Virus record (IMG/VR): IMGVR_UViG_3300012347_000104
Span: 8,513 to 72,512 of that record
DNA: 64,000 nt
DNA from: a virus
Taxonomy: Duplodnaviria; Caudoviricetes
Strand: one strand, 5' to 3'
The notes below the pieces were generated by a model. It was given only the letters and a program-made list of their open reading frames with translations. It was not told the DNA's origin and did not search any database. Shown piece after piece: positions 61,062-64,000 of this stretch. The stretch's first letter is position 1; every line of letters starts with the position of its first letter. Made by a program: the position numbers and the translations under genes.

Positions 61062-61853
61062 TTATGTATTTATCGTGTAATTAACGATGTGGTGCATTTC
61101 AGTGTTAATCATAGGACTAACCATAATTCTTACGTTACCATACGCAACATCGGCATTGTAACGAGTTAACGGTCCACCTGAAAAAATTGTACCGTGTGCA
61201 GTGTATCGCAAACTAACGTTACTCGTTGCTTTTAAAACGTCTAACGTTACTACTTGACTAGTAGTATCATTGGGGTCGCGGGTAGTAATCTGAAACGAAG
61301 CAGTATCGATTGTTTGAACCGGTGCTTGGTAAACAATCTGATTTTCTTCATCTGTAAATGTATCTACTTCAACTACTCCGGATATTTTGTTACCTACTGT
61401 CAGACTACCTTGAATCTCTGCATTACCGGATACCGAAATATTGTTAGAACTAATACTTGCTGGTTCAATGTTAGGTATACCAGGATAAGTGAATGAAACA
61501 GTATTTCCTGATTCACTTAATGTAACGTTACCAATGACTGCTCCCGAGTTGCTTAGATATAATTGAGAAAATCTATTGCTTCTCGCACCTAAGTCAACTG
61601 ATGAGTCTGCTAAAGGAACTAAGTTTAAACCAATGTCTAAGTTTCCAGCTGCCTCATTGTATACTAAGTTGGCTTCTCCACCCGAGACCCCGTTCCTAAT
61701 AAACTGCACAGCACCTTCAGGGCCGTTTGGTGCTAAATTAGCTAGGTAGTCAAAGTTATCATTAATCTTTGCAAAGGCAACTCTAAGCGGGTCACCTGTG
61801 CCATCGTTGGGCACATCGCCGAGGTCTACTGGAAATACGTCTAAGTTACTCAT
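61062..61853 (-). CDS. Baseplate/fibre protein with gp9/gp10-type N-terminal anchor
   Basis: VDLGDVPNDGTGDPLRVAFAKINDNF; DLGARSNRFSQLYL fibre repeat. Confidence 0.75.
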   Translation of the reverse strand: MSNLDVFPVDLGDVPNDGTGDPLRVAFAKINDNFDYLANLAPNGPEGAVQFIRNGVSGGEANLVYNEAAGNLDIGLNLVPLADSSVDLGARSNRFSQLYLSNSGAVIGNVTLSESGNTVSFTYPGIPNIEPASISSNNISVSGNAEIQGSLTVGNKISGVVEVDTFTDEENQIVYQAPVQTIDTASFQITTRDPNDTTSQVVTLDVLKATSNVSLRYTAHGTIFSGGPLTRYNADVAYGNVRIMVSPMINTEMHHIVNYTINT

Positions 61854-61904
61854 TCTTTTGGTCCGTTATACTATATTTATCTTTGATTTCAATATTGTTT
61901 TGTG

Positions 61905-61912
61905 TATAAATA
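61905..61912 (+). promoter_or_regulatory. T4-type late promoter
   Basis: Exact TATAAATA ahead of the nuclease gene; TAAATA recurs before more than 20 genes in the window. Confidence 0.75.
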
Positions 61913-61934
61913 TACACATATTTAAGGAGCATTT

Positions 61935-62765
61935 ATGCGTAAATTTCTATTAGGAATGTTGTTAGTTGTATCAGCATCCGCTCAAGCATGGGACCAAAGA
62001 GCCCCGCTACCCGTTCAACAATGTCAAGTCCATAGCCCCTATGGATTTGCAAATACTCAGCGCACAGCATCAGCTATTTGCCGTGAAGGTTATCTAGTTG
62101 CATATGACGCACCAGTTAAAATTCCGGCTTATGTAGCGTATACATTGAAGCCTGAAAACGCATTAGGTTGCTTCCCAAGAACAAACGCCTTCGTAGCTGA
62201 CCAATCATTAGGTGGTACAGGTGCAAGACCTGACGATTATGTTGGTACAGGATACGACAAGGGACACGCGGCGCCGGATGGTGACCTATCTTACACCCAG
62301 CAAGTGGAATACGAGAGTTTTTTAATGACAAACATGTATCCACAGCATGGAAGTCTAAACCGTGGAATCTGGAAGTTACTGGAAACTTCAGTACGTGGCT
62401 GGGCAGTTCAACACAACCAAAGTTTTACGATTTACGTTGGAGCTATGTATGGCGCTGGTGACGAGTTCATCGGTAAGAACAAAGACATTATCGTACCTCA
62501 TGGATACTATAAGATTGTAATCAATAATCAAACAGGTGCTGTTGCTGGTTGGAGATTCCCTCACACTAAGCCATACGTTAACTTAGGCAATGACTTGACT
62601 AAGTTCCGTGTGCCAGTTGCTGACATTATGAAAGAAGCTGGAGTTCAGTATGCTTTCCCGGCGAACGCTAAAGAAGTTCAGCCAGGACAAGAATGGACTG
62701 TGAACTTCGGTGATTTGACAAAGGCAAAACGAGCTAAGTGTGGTTCGGCTGCATCAGCAGACTAA
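61935..62765 (+). CDS. Sugar-nonspecific DNA/RNA endonuclease (NucA/EndA family) with signal peptide
   Basis: YDKGHAAP, ESFLMTNMYPQ..LN.G.W..LE, VPHGYYKIV; N-terminal MRKFLLGMLLVVSASAQA. Confidence 0.9.
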   Translation: MRKFLLGMLLVVSASAQAWDQRAPLPVQQCQVHSPYGFANTQRTASAICREGYLVAYDAPVKIPAYVAYTLKPENALGCFPRTNAFVADQSLGGTGARPDDYVGTGYDKGHAAPDGDLSYTQQVEYESFLMTNMYPQHGSLNRGIWKLLETSVRGWAVQHNQSFTIYVGAMYGAGDEFIGKNKDIIVPHGYYKIVINNQTGAVAGWRFPHTKPYVNLGNDLTKFRVPVADIMKEAGVQYAFPANAKEVQPGQEWTVNFGDLTKAKRAKCGSAASAD

Positions 62766-62780
62766 TTTTCATTAGCCACA

Positions 62781-62809
62781 AAAAAAGCCCCTTAATCGGG
62801 GCTTTTTTT
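62781..62809. terminator. Bidirectional intrinsic terminator
   Basis: AAAAAAGCCCC-TTAATC-GGGGCTTTTTT. Confidence 0.88.
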
Positions 62810-62952
62810 ATTTCCAGAAAAAGAAAATAACTTTAAGTTTATCAATGTACTTTTGTAAGTGCTTTGATTGAAAGTCTTTTGCGAACTGTGGTTGAGGGAA
62901 ATTCCAACCAATGAACGCGCCAATTGCTAACCAGAATAGTGTGTCTAACATA
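62808..62952 (-). CDS. Small membrane protein
   Basis: Probable start MLDTLFWLAIGAFIGWNFPQP after SD GAGGAG (track start 63017; start coordinate approximate). Confidence 0.65.
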
Positions 62953-62967
62953 ATGTTCTCCTCACTA

Positions 62968-63279
62968 CTATTTAGTAGCGTTTTCAAATATACGCTTCTG
63001 TGTGTTGTACCAATCAATCCATGTGTCGTGCTTCACTGAGCATTCATAGTAAGTACCATAATTATCAGCAACAGTTTCTGCTATGTTGCTTAATACTGTA
63101 GATTCATTTAGCTTCTTCAAGTCAGGACAACTTTGCATTGCACTCTCACTTGGTGCATTAGGGAACTTCGCAGTAACTGGTACCGCAGTAGTACATCCGG
63201 TGCAACATGCAAGTACAATGACTGCAAGACCAACTAATATAGTAAGTCTGAATAACGTTGATTCATTTTCGTTTTTCAT
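62968..63279 (-). CDS. Outer-membrane spanin (Rz1-like lipoprotein)
   Basis: Hydrophobic signal with lipobox-like CTGC, then Pro-rich VPVTAKFPNAP...CPDL. Confidence 0.75.
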   Translation of the reverse strand: MKNENESTLFRLTILVGLAVIVLACCTGCTTAVPVTAKFPNAPSESAMQSCPDLKKLNESTVLSNIAETVADNYGTYYECSVKHDTWIDWYNTQKRIFENATK

Positions 63280-63704
63280 TTTGCTTTCTCCGCTGCATCA
63301 TTAACTGCTTTGACAAACTCTTTCGGAATCACACAAGTATTATCATACTTTGTAACTTCACGGGTGATGTACTGCTTGACAACGATTGTCTTTTCTTTTT
63401 GCTTCTCAACCTTCTTGGCTGAGACTTTTGCTAACTGTGTATTAGCTTTCGCACTTTGTTCTTCTGCTTTAGCTAACTTGGCTTCAACTTCTTTAACTCG
63501 CTCTTGCCAGACTTTGTTATCAATGAGTGCGCCCTCTAGAAAGATAGCAAGTACTAAGCCAATGATACCGCTAAGTTTTAATAACATGGCGTATTGTTTG
63601 ATAAATTTAGCTTTACTAAAAGCAAAGCCAAGAATAGTAGCAACTAAACTAAGATAGAATAGTGCATGAAAGACCCAGTCGGGTGTGATTGAAAGTATCC
63701 ACAT
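63276..63704 (-). CDS. Inner-membrane spanin (Rz-like)
   Basis: N-terminal TM helices, coiled coil, C-terminal CVIPKEFVKAVN; ATGA overlap with the o-spanin. Confidence 0.75.
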   Translation of the reverse strand: MWILSITPDWVFHALFYLSLVATILGFAFSKAKFIKQYAMLLKLSGIIGLVLAIFLEGALIDNKVWQERVKEVEAKLAKAEEQSAKANTQLAKVSAKKVEKQKEKTIVVKQYITREVTKYDNTCVIPKEFVKAVNDAAEKAK

Positions 63705-63707
63705 AAG

Positions 63708-64000
63708 TTACCTATTAAAATATTCAGAGTCTTTCAACCAATCGTAATAGCGTTGAAAGCCTTCTTCAACATCAACTTTAGGATCGAACCCAAAGTCTTG
63801 TCGTGCTGCATCTATATTTAATGCGCCTCTACTAGGGAAGTCTAAATCCCTGTCACCTACTATAATCTCACCCTTACCAACTACCTTCACTGCTAGTTTA
63901 GCAGCATCAAGTAAGGTATGAGAGTGCGACTTGGTGATGTTGTATGTTCTATTGTCGGTGTTGTCTGAAAGTGCTGCGGCAACGATTCCGTCTGCGGCGT
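63708..64000 (-). CDS. NAD-dependent epimerase/dehydratase, C-terminal part (runs off window end)
   Basis: Open frame ...AAGIVAAALSDNTDNRTYNITKSHSHTLLDAAKLAV...RGALNIDAARQDFGFDPKVDVEEGFQRYYDW matches the extended-SDR C-terminus. Confidence 0.75.
   Translation of the reverse strand, partial: AADGIVAAALSDNTDNRTYNITKSHSHTLLDAAKLAVKVVGKGEIIVGDRDLDFPSRGALNIDAARQDFGFDPKVDVEEGFQRYYDWLKDSEYFNR

Noticed and set aside
1-64000. Stop-codon reassignment
   Set aside because: Conserved genes (terminase, sheath, helicases, UvsX) are full length in the standard code and coding density is high. The DnaE split is not a read-through case because the halves are 34 kb apart.

Overview
This AT-rich window is an internal segment of a large T4-like contractile-tailed (myovirus) phage genome. 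It is densely coded, mostly on the minus strand, in the standard genetic code. It contains tail, neck and baseplate genes (sheath, two tube-family genes, gp13/14/15, Ig-repeat and glycine-rich fibre proteins), the terminase large subunit and gp4 head completion protein. It also carries T4-type replication and recombination genes (gp41 helicase, primase, gp44/gp62 clamp loader, gp32, UvsX/Y/W), nucleotide-pool genes (dNMP kinase, MazG, NUDIX), PhoH, GroES, a GH19 lysozyme and a spanin pair, which implies a Gram-negative host. Sigma70-type early promoters and TAAATA late promoters can be read directly from the sequence. Four things stand out. (1) A miniature C-family DNA polymerase (DnaE) is split into two genes 34 kb apart, exactly at one junction of the palm; the catalytic half is translationally coupled to a DEDDh exonuclease. 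(2) About 18 small paralogous genes ending in F-x-L-R-W form a tandem array, and the LRW codons often double as the next gene's ribosome-binding site. (3) A roughly 500-nt non-coding, heavily base-paired intergenic region lies between mazG and the neck gene. (4) Many start codons sit only 4-8 nt after a promoter element, suggesting leaderless mRNAs. All calls come from motif recognition by eye; no database searches were run. No tRNA, CRISPR array, integrase or reverse transcriptase was seen.
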